From contig CBDEVR010000002.1 in assembly GCA_965243745.1 (NCBI GenBank), positions 1,108,226-1,172,225 of the forward strand: a DNA stretch of 64,000 nucleotides, read 5' to 3'. Of this stretch, positions 39,965-49,944 are shown one piece after another. A program made the position numbers and the translations under genes. Below the pieces are notes generated by a model. That model was not told the origin of the DNA, did not search any database, and saw only the letters and a list, made by a program, of their open reading frames with translations. The stretch comes from Dehalococcoidia bacterium (GTDB lineage: Bacteria > Chloroflexota > Dehalococcoidia > Lucifugimonadales > Australimonadaceae). Positions within the stretch are counted from its first letter, which is position 1; every line of letters starts with the position of its first letter.

Positions 39965-42900
39965 CTACTCCTTCTCCTCCTCGTCCTTCGCCGCATCCTC
40001 CTCTCCAGCCTCTTCGGTTGTGGCTTCCGCGACGCTCTCCTCGGTTGCGTCCTCCGCTGCCGGGGTCCTCGGCGGTCTGCTCCGGGTCCGCCTCTGCGAT
40101 CTCCGCTGAGTCCCCTGCGATCTCCTCTGCCTCCCCGGTGGGTCTTCTGCCGTGCTCTCCTCGGCTGCTTCTGTCTCCGCAGTCTCCTCCGAGTCCTCGG
40201 CTGTGTCGGCCTCTGCTTCCGGAGGCTGGGCATCAGTACCAGCGACGCCTCCTGCGGCAACGGCCCCGGACCGCCGCCGGACGCTCCATGCGATCGCTCC
40301 CGCAACGGCAGCCACGCCCAGCAGCGCCAGCAACAACGCCTGCAGCCGCATGCCGCCGACAACGGCGCCAATGGTCCGGTCTGCAATCTCCAATAGCTTG
40401 CCCGTCAACATGGCGTCCACCCGTTCGTCGCCCTGGGCCAAGGCCGCCTCCGCGACGGCCTCCGCGTGGGCGTCGGACACCGCGCCGCCCGCGAAAGCGG
40501 CGATGAGCGTGACCAGGAGCACGGCCAGCGCCCCCACCAGGAGGACGCCGCCCGCCCAGCCGAGCCTCCGGGCCCACGAGCGTCCTCCGAGGAAGCCGGC
40601 GACGACGACCAGCACGAGCGACACCGCGAACAGCAGCGGCGCCAGAAGCCGTAGGTTACTTACCCAACCACGCAGCATGTCAAAGAGGTCCAGGGTTTCT
40701 TGGGAGTCGGCCGAGCCCGGGTCCGCAATGGCACCCCGCAGGTCTTCTTCTGTCCACGTCCAGCCCTCACTGAACGCCTCGCGCAAGGCGTCCACGCCAT
40801 CCAGCAGCCCGGGGTCCACCTCTCCCAGCGCATTCCGCAGGTCCTCCTCCGTGACGGCCCAGCCGTCCCGCATGACTTCGCGCACCCTGGCGATGAGGTC
40901 CTCGTCCTCTGCTCCCTGGGTCGCTTCGACGAGGTCCTCGTGCGTGAAGGTGAAGTCGTCAGGAGCCATGTCGTGGATGGCCGTGCTCAGCAGTGCTTCA
41001 ACGTCAACGCCCGAGGCGCGGAGGAAGTCGTCCGTGGTGAAGCCCTCTCGCCTGCACAGGTCCACGGAGCTGCCCTGCGCCAGCGCCCTTACCTGGGCAG
41101 AGGTGCATGGAGGGGCGGCGGCCAGAAGGGTCGCGTACTTCTCCTCTATGGTTGCGGCAAGGATCCCCACGGCGGCGTTCGTAGGCTCCAGCAGGTCCAC
41201 GACGAGGTGGAACTCGTCATGCCGACCGGAGATGTAAGGCGCCACAGCGCCCACCAATTCCCGCGTTTCAGCGTCCAGCCACTCCGGAGTGATCGCCGTG
41301 TCGATGGCCTGCCTGATCTCCGCCTGGGTGACCACGACGTCAAAGGGCAGGGCCACGTCCTCGGTTACGCTCTCATCCAGGGCAGGCTCCAGCGCCTCCC
41401 GCCGTACGTAGCCCGACAGGTCGGCGCGGTCCAGGATGGCGGTCAGCTCTCCCTCCAGCACCGAGGCGCGCTCGGAGAAATCGAAGGTGAAGTTGAAAGA
41501 GTCGCTACGGCCGGTGAGGTAGGCGGCCAGGGCCTGCGAGACCCCCACCTGCTGTGACCGCACGAATTGCGGCGTCGCCACCCGCTCCAGGGACTCCAGC
41601 GCCTCGTCCGGGGTGAGTTGGATGCCCAGGGGTAACTCCTGGCTGTCCAGCCGTTCTCGGACAGTCTCCGGCGCCCGCTCCTCGATGAGCCACTGGTGCA
41701 GGTCCACGCGGTCCATGAGCGTAACGATGGCGGCCTCGACCGCTTCGGCACGGTCGGCGGCGTTTATCGTGAGGGTGAAGGAGTCGGACTGCCCCAGCAG
41801 GTACGATCCAAGGCTGTCGATCGTTCCCTCCACCTGCTCCTGCAGCCACTCGGGCGGCAGAGCGTCTTTGAAGCTTGTCACGATAGCGTCGGCGTCCAGG
41901 TTGAACGCAGGCGGCAACCCATCGCCGCTGTCCAATGGCTCCTCCACGGCGGCGGGGATAATCTCGTCGTAGAGGAAGTTGTAGACGTCGGCGCTCCGCA
42001 GTTGCTCCTTGTGGAAGTCGGTAGAAAGTACCGTGCTGCAGGCCTGCGTTGAGAGCAGCGCCAGCGTGAGCACGGGTACGAGCACCAGCGCAAGCCCGAC
42101 AGCGATAGCCCGCCTGAAGACCGTAGCGCACCTCGTGTGGGGAGAGGATGAGCGCGCCTCCACGCTCCCCCCGGACGCTTCTTCCACGGTGCTCGCCCCC
42201 TCTGCATCCGGCTCTGCGGCCTCATTCGCGTCTTCTTCTACGGCCTCCTCCGCAACGGTTTCTGCGTTCTCCTCCGCGTCCTTCTCTTCCTCGGCCTTCC
42301 GCCTTCGGCGCGCGATGGCGCAGATGATGCAGAAGGCGGCAGCCGCCGCCAGCGCGACAGCAAGCGCCGCAACCCCCAGGAGCACGACCGGCGGCCCGCT
42401 CGAACCGGCGGGCGCCGCTTCAGGCGTGGGCGTAGGCGCAGGGGTGGCCGTTGGCGTGGGCGTTGCCGCGGGGGGCTGTGTTGGCGTGGCCGCCGGCGCA
42501 GCGCCAGACTCTTCCCTGACTACCACGAGCACTTCCCGCACCACGATGACCGTGAACGTCGCAAAAGTGGTCACCGGCGCAGTCAGCGCCGCGCCTCCGC
42601 TTTCGTCCACCGACAGCGCGGCGGGGACCTCCGTCCACTCCTCGGCGGGGCTCCGGCGTGTCAGCACCGGGAGGCCACCTTTCTCGTGTACGCGGGTCAG
42701 CAGCGGCGCGCCGCCCACCTCCGCCACCTGTTCGGGGGCCAGTTGGAGAGTCAGCGCCGCCGGAGCGTCCAACTGCACGTCCGGCTCCGCATCGCCCTCC
42801 GCGTCGAACAGGTCAACCGTCACGCACGGGAGGTCCAGGCCGGATGCCGCACGGTCGGAGGAGCACGACTCCTCGTCCTCTTCCTCGGATACGCTCACCC

Positions 42901-45475
42901 CGAACGGATCGGGGCGCGAGCCTGCGGGGAAGTCGAGTGTCACCTGTCCGTCGTCGGACCGCACCTCCGTCGGCGTGGAGGTTTCCACGCGGTGCACCAC
43001 TGGCGCAGGCGTCGGCGCCGGTGCAGGTGTGGGCGTAGGTGTCGCCGTTGGCCGGGGCGTCGGTGTTGGCCGGGGTGTCGGCGTTGCTGTCGGCGTCGGG
43101 GTGGGGGGCACCACGGTCACGTCCGGCGGGACCGGAAACGGGGGAGGATCATCCGTGGGACCCCCACCAAGCGCAGGGGTGAGTGTAGGAGTAGGCGTGG
43201 GAGTGGGCGTGGGCGTCGGTGTCGGTGTGGGAGTGGGCGTTGGCGTGGGTGTGGGAGTGGCGGACGTGCAGGACTCCAGCCCGAGCCTGCCGAAATCGTC
43301 GTCCTCCAGATTCTGTAAGCCGACGGGGATGCACCCTGTCAAGGCATTGCCGGAGAGAGACATGTATCGCAAGCCCGGGGGGAGGTTGCCCAGTTCCTCC
43401 GGTATCGTCCCACTCAACTGGTTATTGCTGAGGTACAGCGCTTGCAGGTCTGCGAGGTCCCCCAGTTCCCCTGGTATCGTCCCGTTCAAACCGTTCCCGA
43501 TGAGATTCAACTCCGTAACGCGCCCCTGGGCATCCGTCGTTACGCCATGCCACTGGCCGATGGGCGCGTCGCTCAGCCAGTTGGTGTTGTCAGTCCAGTT
43601 GTCCCCGTCAGTGGCGCGGTAGAGGGCTTCCAGGGCGAGCCTGCTCAAGACCTCCTCAAAAGTAGGCGTTGGAGTGAGAGTAGGTGTCGGGGTGGGTGTG
43701 GGAGTCGGGGTGGAGGTTGCCGGGTCGTCTGCGCAACCAGCCTCTACCAACCGACGCCGGACGTTGTCCGGCATCCGGCTGACCTCAGCTTGTACCTTCG
43801 CGTCTTCCGCTTGAGAAACCTCGGAGATAGCTGCTAGTCCGGCAAGATCCAGCGCGTCGCCCGGGGGAAACTCGTCAACGGCGGCCTTCACCGTCTCGAA
43901 TGACGCCAGGGTCACACGGTGCCATTCGGCGACCTCGGCAGGTGGAACCAGGGCCGACATACTGCCTATCACCTCTGCCAGAGAAGCGGACAGGTCGCCG
44001 TACGTCGACAGAGACGAGCCCTGTGAGAAAGACCCACAGTCCAACCGCGTCAGATAGTCATCCAGAGACAGCGCGGCAGCCGCCGTTGGCGTGGGAGTAG
44101 GGGTAGGCGTGGGCGTCGGTGTCGGAGTAGGTGTCGGCGTTGGAGTTGGCGTAGGAGTAGGTGTGGGTGTGGGCGTCGCCGTCGCAGTCGGCGTGGGGGT
44201 CGCGTTAGGGTCGTAGTCGATGACTGGATACTCCGACGAAGTCCCGAAATCCCACGGGTCGTCGCCAGCACCGTCGCCGTCCACGTCCACGTTCCAGTCG
44301 GCGTAGATGCCCGTGTAACCGGTGGGCGACTGCAACTCGCTGGTGGTCTTGCCTTCGCCGCCGTAACTGGTGGTCTGTCCACTGGTCTCCGTGTCCCAGT
44401 AGCTGGCGGTGACGGCCCCTTGAGGAATGCCCTCATACGCGCGATTCCAGCCCACCAATCCACCTGCATAGGCTGTTCTCTCGCCTCCGGGTGAAAAGAA
44501 GCCAGTGGCGGATACTGCCCCGGTTGCGTAGCTGGCATTTATCGTTCCAAGGTCGTTATCGCCGAGCAGCCCGCCAACCAAAGTCCCGCCGGTTGTCGCG
44601 CCGGTTGCATAACTGGCCGTTATCGTTCCATTGCTATTGTTCTTGCCCACCAACCCGCCAACCGCACCCTGACCGGATGTCGCGCCGGTTGCGTAACTGG
44701 CCATTATCGTTCCATCGTTGTTTGCTCCCACCAATCCACCGACCCTAAACCCCCCACCGGATGTCGCGCTGATTGCGTAACTGCCCGTTATCGTTCCGTC
44801 GTTAAAGCCCACCAGCCCGCCCACATTTTGTGAGCCGCCAGTCCCGGTTCCTTCCGCGTAGCAGTCGCTTATCGTTCCCCGATTCCATCCGGCCAGTCCA
44901 CCGACGGCGGAACCGCCGGTGACATCCACGCCGGTCAACCCCACGTTGCGAATCGTTCCCGAGCTGTCTAATACGCCGAACAGTCCAACGTAGTCGGTCA
45001 GTCCAACGTAGTCGCTCCTAAATCTGTTGATGAACAGGCCGGAGATGGTGTTGCTGTTGCCCTCGAACGTGGCCGTGAACTGCGCGTCCCCGGTCCCGAT
45101 GGGTTCCCAGCCATCGCCGCCGTTCCAGTAGGCGTCCCCGGCGAGGTCGGTACTGCCGTCGCCGTTGGTGTCAAAGTCGAGGTTGGTGGTCAGTTCGTAG
45201 CCGGTACAGCCTGCAGACGGGCAGCCCATGCCGGTCGCTGCGTTGGGGAACGCCGAGGAGTAGTCCGACGCGTTGGCCGAGGCGGGCAAGCCGTCGCCGT
45301 CCAGGTCCCAGCGGATGGCGTTCAGCTGGGCAAGGCTCGCGACCTCGATCAGGCCGTCGTCATCGGCGTCGTAGTCGGTGCTGCTCTGCGCCAGCGCGAC
45401 CGCGCAGGCCGCCAGGAGCGCAAGCAGCACGAGCGCTCCGGCGCTCAGACTCTGCAACGCCCCGCTGGCGCTCAA
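39965..45475 (-). CDS. giant mosaic surface/membrane protein (1836 aa): signal peptide, Ca-binding-like DxDxDG N-terminus, GLUG repeats, P/T linkers, LRR module, then a polytopic C-terminal half
   Basis: A single uninterrupted ORF. The TTG start (45473-45475) overlaps the upstream stop. Signal peptide [15 protein letters not shown]. Contains GGLVG-type GLUG repeats, the LRR consensus LxxLxLxxNxLSGxIP, and 5 predicted TM helices. Confidence 0.85.
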   Translation of the reverse strand: MSASGALQSLSAGALVLLALLAACAVALAQSSTDYDADDDGLIEVASLAQLNAIRWDLDGDGLPASANASDYSSAFPNAATGMGCPSAGCTGYELTTNLDFDTNGDGSTDLAGDAYWNGGDGWEPIGTGDAQFTATFEGNSNTISGLFINRFRSDYVGLTDYVGLFGVLDSSGTIRNVGLTGVDVTGGSAVGGLAGWNRGTISDCYAEGTGTGGSQNVGGLVGFNDGTITGSYAISATSGGGFRVGGLVGANNDGTIMASYATGATSGQGAVGGLVGKNNSNGTITASYATGATTGGTLVGGLLGDNDLGTINASYATGAVSATGFFSPGGERTAYAGGLVGWNRAYEGIPQGAVTASYWDTETSGQTTSYGGEGKTTSELQSPTGYTGIYADWNVDVDGDGAGDDPWDFGTSSEYPVIDYDPNATPTPTATATPTPTPTPTPTPTPTPTPTPTPTPTPTPTPTAAAALSLDDYLTRLDCGSFSQGSSLSTYGDLSASLAEVIGSMSALVPPAEVAEWHRVTLASFETVKAAVDEFPPGDALDLAGLAAISEVSQAEDAKVQAEVSRMPDNVRRRLVEAGCADDPATSTPTPTPTPTPTLTPTPTFEEVLSRLALEALYRATDGDNWTDNTNWLSDAPIGQWHGVTTDAQGRVTELNLIGNGLNGTIPGELGDLADLQALYLSNNQLSGTIPEELGNLPPGLRYMSLSGNALTGCIPVGLQNLEDDDFGRLGLESCTSATPTPTPTPTPTPTPTPTPTPTPTPTLTPALGGGPTDDPPPFPVPPDVTVVPPTPTPTATPTPRPTPTPRPTATPTPTPAPAPTPAPVVHRVETSTPTEVRSDDGQVTLDFPAGSRPDPFGVSVSEEEDEESCSSDRAASGLDLPCVTVDLFDAEGDAEPDVQLDAPAALTLQLAPEQVAEVGGAPLLTRVHEKGGLPVLTRRSPAEEWTEVPAALSVDESGGAALTAPVTTFATFTVIVVREVLVVVREESGAAPAATPTQPPAATPTPTATPAPTPTPEAAPAGSSGPPVVLLGVAALAVALAAAAAFCIICAIARRRRKAEEEKDAEENAETVAEEAVEEDANEAAEPDAEGASTVEEASGGSVEARSSSPHTRCATVFRRAIAVGLALVLVPVLTLALLSTQACSTVLSTDFHKEQLRSADVYNFLYDEIIPAAVEEPLDSGDGLPPAFNLDADAIVTSFKDALPPEWLQEQVEGTIDSLGSYLLGQSDSFTLTINAADRAEAVEAAIVTLMDRVDLHQWLIEERAPETVRERLDSQELPLGIQLTPDEALESLERVATPQFVRSQQVGVSQALAAYLTGRSDSFNFTFDFSERASVLEGELTAILDRADLSGYVRREALEPALDESVTEDVALPFDVVVTQAEIRQAIDTAITPEWLDAETRELVGAVAPYISGRHDEFHLVVDLLEPTNAAVGILAATIEEKYATLLAAAPPCTSAQVRALAQGSSVDLCRREGFTTDDFLRASGVDVEALLSTAIHDMAPDDFTFTHEDLVEATQGAEDEDLIARVREVMRDGWAVTEEDLRNALGEVDPGLLDGVDALREAFSEGWTWTEEDLRGAIADPGSADSQETLDLFDMLRGWVSNLRLLAPLLFAVSLVLVVVAGFLGGRSWARRLGWAGGVLLVGALAVLLVTLIAAFAGGAVSDAHAEAVAEAALAQGDERVDAMLTGKLLEIADRTIGAVVGGMRLQALLLALLGVAAVAGAIAWSVRRRSGAVAAGGVAGTDAQPPEAEADTAEDSEETAETEAAEESTAEDPPGRQRRSQGTQRRSQRRTRSRPPRTPAAEDATEESVAEATTEEAGEEDAAKDEEEKE
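43001..43267 (-). repeat. P/T/A-rich linker 3 (about 89 codons)
   Basis: [10 protein letters not shown]...[25 protein letters not shown]. Confidence 0.8.
43661..43722 (-). repeat. P/T linker 2
   Basis: [19 protein letters not shown]. Confidence 0.8.
44084..44209 (-). repeat. P/T linker 1 (42 codons, mostly (PT)n)
   Basis: [16 protein letters not shown]...PT, as ggygtsggh-type hexanucleotide repeats. Confidence 0.85.
44216..45193 (-). repeat. coding tandem repeats (GLUG motif units, about 75-85 nt) inside the giant gene
   Basis: Reiterated ...GGLVG.N.GTI.ASYATGA.. units. At the DNA level there are repeated gcgccggttgcgtaactggcc.ttatcgttcc blocks around 44520-44900. Confidence 0.7.
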
Positions 45476-46239
45476 CTCGTCGCTCTCCCTGCAGAACCGC
45501 GCCGGGTGAAGAACAGGACGGCGACAGCAGCCAGGAAGATGGCCACCACGGCTGCAGACGCGCCGATGACGACTACCGACAGTCCACCGCCCGAGGTGGC
45601 GCGGGCTGTCAACTGGCGCTCCTCGGTGGAGTCAAGGCCCATCTGCCAGACCAGTTCGCCGTTTTCGACACGGTCAGCGTTGTGCTCGGCAAGCTCTCCA
45701 GGGAGCCTGACGCGCACACGGAACCACCCGTCCGCTAGGAGCTCTTCGAAGAGGGCATCCATACCCAGCAGGTCCCCGGAGCCGTCGTCTTCCGAGGCAG
45801 CAGGCATGAGCATGGAGAAGCGCCAGTCGCCATTCTCATCCTGGCTGATATCGGGCGGGTCGAGTCCGACTCCACCTTCCTGATTCGTCTCGTCGACGGA
45901 CTGCATGATGGAGTTGAGTTCGGCATAGTCGGTGAACGGCACGGTAAAGACGACGCCGGTGTAGCCGTCTTCGCTGTATTCACGGACCTCAGCGCCCGGC
46001 GGCAGGTCTTCTTCCTCCACAAGGGAACCTTCTTCAGCGTCCACCCCTTCGGCTTCCATCATTGCCGTGAATTGGTCGCTGGCAGCAACGGTGTATTTGA
46101 CAGCGCCCGACCCATCGTCGTTCACCAGGAACGCAATCTCGATGCGGAAACATCCTGTCATCACCAGAACGGCAAACGGCAGAAGCAACGCCCAGCACAG
46201 CATGCTGCGTAAGGTTGTTCCACGCTGTGCCTTCTTCAT
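45472..46239 (-). CDS. lipoprotein with C-terminal TM anchor (255 aa), function unknown
   Basis: Strong SD gaaggaga before ATG 46239. Lipobox LVMTGC, an acidic ectodomain and a C-terminal helix [23 protein letters not shown]. The stop overlaps the giant gene start (TTGA). Confidence 0.7.
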   Translation of the reverse strand: MKKAQRGTTLRSMLCWALLLPFAVLVMTGCFRIEIAFLVNDDGSGAVKYTVAASDQFTAMMEAEGVDAEEGSLVEEEDLPPGAEVREYSEDGYTGVVFTVPFTDYAELNSIMQSVDETNQEGGVGLDPPDISQDENGDWRFSMLMPAASEDDGSGDLLGMDALFEELLADGWFRVRVRLPGELAEHNADRVENGELVWQMGLDSTEERQLTARATSGGGLSVVVIGASAAVVAIFLAAVAVLFFTRRGSAGRATS

Positions 46240-46429
46240 CGCCAAATCTCCTTCAACCTCTCGCTTGTTCATGCCAGCTTGGCGATGTTGTCCCCTTCCC
46301 TCGCGGGCCGTAAGGTTCGTTCGCACCTTCACCCATGGGGTACCTTCCTACCTTTCGCACGAGACGCCCATTGCAGTACTGTCACGCCGGGCGGACCCAC
46401 ACAGCGTGAGAGGAGTGCGTTTGCGAATC

Positions 46430-47653
46430 ATGCCGCTCGATGCCGTTGACGACCCCCGCCGGACTCCCGATCGGCACGGTCTGGACGACCTGCTCTACGG
46501 GGTGAGGGTCGCCGTATGGGTGCGATGGTTCGTGCTGCTCGCATGGTTCGCGCAGATGAACTACCGCCCCAACTTCACTGACCCCAACTACGTCACGAAC
46601 ACGCTATTCGCCACGACGATGCTGGCGCTCAACGGCTACGTCCATTACCGGATCCTGACCGGCCGGACCGTGACGTGGCACTGGATGCTCACGCTCAGCG
46701 TGATGGACGCGGTCGTGCTTACCGCAGGCATCGCTCTCTCCAGCAGTTTTCAGAACAGCTTTTTCGTGCTGTACTACCCCGCCCTCGCCATGTTCGCCGT
46801 CGTTTTCACCTCATCCAGGCTCAGCTTCCTAGGAGTCACGCTCGTGGCGGCGGCGTACGCGGCCATGAGCCTGCTGGTGGAGCCGGTCGTGGACTTCGAA
46901 GCCAAGGAGGAGAAGGTCCTCTTCACCAGGATCGTCGTCATGTACGCGGTCGTGGGGGCGGTCAACCTCGTCTCCCGGTTCGAGCGCATCAGGAGGAGAG
47001 AGGCCGTAGAACGGGAACGGGAGCTCCAGCGGGAGCGGATCGGACTGTCGCAGACCATGCACGACACCATCGCGCAGTCCACTTACATGGTCGGCATCGG
47101 CATCGAGACCGCCATCGAATTGGCAGACGCCAGGGAGGACGAGAGGCGCGACGAGCTTCTCGCCAAGCTGTACGCCACGCATGCGCTGTCCAAGGCCACG
47201 GCGTGGGAGTTGAGGCATCCCATCGACATAGGCCCCATCTTCGAGGGGCGGGAGTTGAGCCGGGTGCTGAGCTCGCACGCCGCGACGTTCGCAACGATCA
47301 CGTCGATCCCCACCGAACTGGTCCAGTCGGGCCAAGAGCCGCCGCTTCCCACGGTCACCCGGCGTTTGCTCTTCTCGATAGCCCACAATGCGATGACCAA
47401 CGCGTTCCGGCACGCGGAAGCCGGAAAGGTCACCATCTCCCTGGACTTCGAGGACGACGGCCTCCGGATGTCAGTGGCGGACGACGGCGTTGGCCTCCCG
47501 GAGGGCTACGCAGAGCGCGGCCACGGCTTCAGGAACATGCAAGCGGACGCCGAGCGGATGGGAGGGCGCCTTGAAGTGGTCCTCGGCGAGCCCGGACGCG
47601 GCACGACCGTGACCTGCATCGTTCCGTATGACATGCACCAGGGAGGCGCGTAA
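46430..47653 (+). CDS. sensor histidine kinase, HisKA_3 (NarX/DesK-like) with a 5-6 TM sensor domain
   Basis: H-box LSQTMHDTIAQS and ATPase boxes IAHNAMTNAFRHA, DDGVGLP and GHGFRNM. SD gagaggag before ATG 46430. The track ORF start at 46067 overlaps the opposite gene and was rejected. Confidence 0.85.
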   Translation: MPLDAVDDPRRTPDRHGLDDLLYGVRVAVWVRWFVLLAWFAQMNYRPNFTDPNYVTNTLFATTMLALNGYVHYRILTGRTVTWHWMLTLSVMDAVVLTAGIALSSSFQNSFFVLYYPALAMFAVVFTSSRLSFLGVTLVAAAYAAMSLLVEPVVDFEAKEEKVLFTRIVVMYAVVGAVNLVSRFERIRRREAVERERELQRERIGLSQTMHDTIAQSTYMVGIGIETAIELADAREDERRDELLAKLYATHALSKATAWELRHPIDIGPIFEGRELSRVLSSHAATFATITSIPTELVQSGQEPPLPTVTRRLLFSIAHNAMTNAFRHAEAGKVTISLDFEDDGLRMSVADDGVGLPEGYAERGHGFRNMQADAERMGGRLEVVLGEPGRGTTVTCIVPYDMHQGGA

Positions 47654-47654
47654 C

Positions 47655-48326
47655 GTGGCGCCCGGCGCACAGACGAGGGTGATGCTCGTGGACGACCACG
47701 AGATCGTGCGCGACGGCCTGCGCGAGGTGCTGCAGCGGGCCGGAGGCTTTGAGGTGGTGGGGGAGGCCGGGGATGGCGAAACTGCCGTAAGGGTGGCTCA
47801 CGGTGTCAAGCCCGACGTAATCATCATGGACGTGGTAATGCCCCTCAAGAACGGCATCGACGCCTGCCGCGAGATAGCCGAAACGCTCCCCGACACGAGC
47901 GTGTTGATCCTCACCGCCGCACCGGAAGAGGATGCCGTAGTGGAAGCGGTCGCCGCCGGTGCGGCGGGATATCTGCAGAAGTACTCCGGCAAGGAGGAGT
48001 TGCTGCGCGCCCTCCGTGCCATCGCCGCCGGGGAATACCGCATACCGGCCAGCGTCGTCAGGCGCGTGTTTGCCGGACTCCGGGCGACGGCGCAGCCGAA
48101 GGAAACACGGGAGTCCGGCGGGCTCACGGAGCGTGAGCGAGAGATCCTCACGCTGTTCGCGCAGGGACTGTCGTACGCAAAGATCGCCGGGGTGAGAGGC
48201 AACCAGCCGGTGACGGTCCGCAACGCCATCTACGGCATCCAGGACAAGCTGGGGGTCGAGACGAAGCAGGAACTGGTGGTTTGGGCGGTGCGGAACGGCT
48301 TGCTGGACGAGCCCGGGGGCCAGTGA
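47655..48326 (+). CDS. response regulator, NarL/LuxR family
   Basis: Receiver domain VMLVDDHEIVRDGL...DVIIMDVVMP and a C-terminal LuxR HTH LTEREREILTLFAQGLSYAKIA. GTG at 47655 lies 1 nt after the kinase stop, preceded by SD gggagg. Confidence 0.88.
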   Translation: MAPGAQTRVMLVDDHEIVRDGLREVLQRAGGFEVVGEAGDGETAVRVAHGVKPDVIIMDVVMPLKNGIDACREIAETLPDTSVLILTAAPEEDAVVEAVAAGAAGYLQKYSGKEELLRALRAIAAGEYRIPASVVRRVFAGLRATAQPKETRESGGLTEREREILTLFAQGLSYAKIAGVRGNQPVTVRNAIYGIQDKLGVETKQELVVWAVRNGLLDEPGGQ

Positions 48327-48340
48327 CGGAGTGGCGCAGG

Positions 48341-48514
48341 CTATCGCCCGTACCGGACGTACCAGTAGACGAACAGCGCCATCGCCACCGCTATGACCGC
48401 CAGGCTTGCAATGGCGAACGCGGAGCCCAGCAGCACGCCGAGGCTGTTGAGGACGACGGCGATGATGACGAAGACGAATACGACGCCGACGAGTCCCGCA
48501 TCCTCACGTTTCAT
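48341..48514 (-). CDS. small hydrophobic protein (57 aa), hypothetical
   Basis: Not in the ORF track (below 60 aa). My translation is MKREDAGLVGVVFVFVIIAVVLNSLGVLLGSAFAIASLAVIAVAMALFVYWYVRYGR, with SD ggagaggg upstream. Lies 18 nt downstream of the hydratase gene. Confidence 0.45.
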   Translation of the reverse strand: MKREDAGLVGVVFVFVIIAVVLNSLGVLLGSAFAIASLAVIAVAMALFVYWYVRYGR

Positions 48515-48532
48515 CGCTTCCCTCTCCGATCC

Positions 48533-49321
48533 CTAGCGGCCCGGGAAGTCCGGCGGGCGCTTCTCCCTGAACGAGCGCACCCCCTCCATGAAGTCCTCGC
48601 TCGCCTCCGCACCGTCCATGATGGACGCCTTCTCGGGCGGCACCTGGTCTGCCGCGCCAAACTCCAGCAGGTCGCGTATCACCTGCTTGTGCGTACGGTG
48701 CGACACCGGCGAGAGCGACGCAACCTCCTCGGCCAGCGCACGCGCCTCCTCCATGAGCGCGTCGCCGTCCACGACGACGCTGACGATGCCCGACGCCAGC
48801 GCGCGCTCAGCGGAAACGGAGCGTCCCGTCAGCATGAAGTAGGCCGCATCGCCGGGTCCAACGAGGCGCAGCAGGCGGTCGATGTGCGCGTGCGACACGG
48901 CGATGCCGCGTTTCGCCGCAGGCAGCCCGAACTGCGCGTCCGCCGATGCGATACGCAGGTCGGCGCACACCGCGAGTTCCAGACCGCCGCCGAGGCAGTA
49001 GCCGCGTATCGCGGCGATGGTCGGCTTGGAGAGCGCGTTCAGCGCATCGCAGGCCTCGTTCACCGCGTGGCGGTAGTTCCGCGCCCGCTCCGGTGTGCTG
49101 CGCGTCTCCTCGAAGTCTTTGATGTCCGCGCCCGCCGAGAACGCCTTCTCTCCGGCGCCGGTCAACACGACCGCGCGTACCGCGTCGTCGGCGTCCAGCC
49201 CGGCGAGGAGTTCCGGCAGGCGCACCCACATGTCATACGAGATGGCGTTCCGTTGCTCCGGGCGGTTCAGCGTCAGCGTCGCGACCGCTCCGTCGCGCTC
49301 CACCAGTAAGGCGTCGGTCAT
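48533..49321 (-). CDS. enoyl-CoA hydratase/isomerase family protein
   Basis: LTLNRPEQRNA, GAGEKAFSAGADI and C-terminal FREKRPPDF. Start at ATG 49321; the track extension was rejected. Confidence 0.88.
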   Translation of the reverse strand: MTDALLVERDGAVATLTLNRPEQRNAISYDMWVRLPELLAGLDADDAVRAVVLTGAGEKAFSAGADIKDFEETRSTPERARNYRHAVNEACDALNALSKPTIAAIRGYCLGGGLELAVCADLRIASADAQFGLPAAKRGIAVSHAHIDRLLRLVGPGDAAYFMLTGRSVSAERALASGIVSVVVDGDALMEEARALAEEVASLSPVSHRTHKQVIRDLLEFGAADQVPPEKASIMDGAEASEDFMEGVRSFREKRPPDFPGR

Positions 49322-49325
49322 GGCG

Positions 49326-49766
49326 CTATCCCTCCGCCGCTTTCGCACGCAGGCAGTCGAAGAATCTGTCGATCTGCGTTTTCGCCACGGTACCCATGAG
49401 CCGCTGCCCGACCCGCGCGAGCACGCCGGTGACCTGCACGTCGCCCTCGAAGCTGAGCTCCGTGGCGCCGCCGTCGTCCGCGAGCGCCAGCGACCCGCTG
49501 CCCCGGATATCCGTGCGTGCGCCGGAGCCTTCAACCGTCATGCGGTACGACTCAGGTTCGACCGCGTCCGTGATGGCGAGTGTCCCCTTGTACGAGCCGG
49601 AGACGATGCCGACGCGCACGGAGAGTTCGATCTCGTAGCGGTCGCCGCCGAGGGGCGTGAACGCGCTGACGCCGGGGATGCACGAGCCGACGACGCTCGT
49701 GTCCATCAGCGTCTGCCAGAGGCGCGCTCTGGGCACGTCGAACCGGTACGCTCCGCTCAGTTTCAT
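49326..49766 (-). CDS. coxG: SRPBCC / CoxG family protein
   Basis: MKLSGAYRFDVPRARLWQTLMDTSVVGSCIPG is a typical CoxG N-terminus. Confidence 0.8.
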   Translation of the reverse strand: MKLSGAYRFDVPRARLWQTLMDTSVVGSCIPGVSAFTPLGGDRYEIELSVRVGIVSGSYKGTLAITDAVEPESYRMTVEGSGARTDIRGSGSLALADDGGATELSFEGDVQVTGVLARVGQRLMGTVAKTQIDRFFDCLRAKAAEG

Positions 49767-49944
49767 GGGCCTCTTCCCCGCAGCGTGCTGCGCCCACTAT
49801 AGCAGCGCCGGGCGCCGCCGATTGACAAACCCTGTGCGTTAGATACCCTTGCGCGCGCAAGGCGCACGCGTGTGCAGTGGCGCAACGGCGCATGCGTGCG
49901 AATCCCATGGCGCGCGACCTGACGGTCGAGGGAGGAGGTCGACT

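Noticed and set aside
43001-44209. Regularly spaced short repeats, considered as a possible CRISPR or minisatellite
   Set aside because: The units are 6 nt with no spacers, are in frame, and encode (PT)n linkers inside a continuous ORF.
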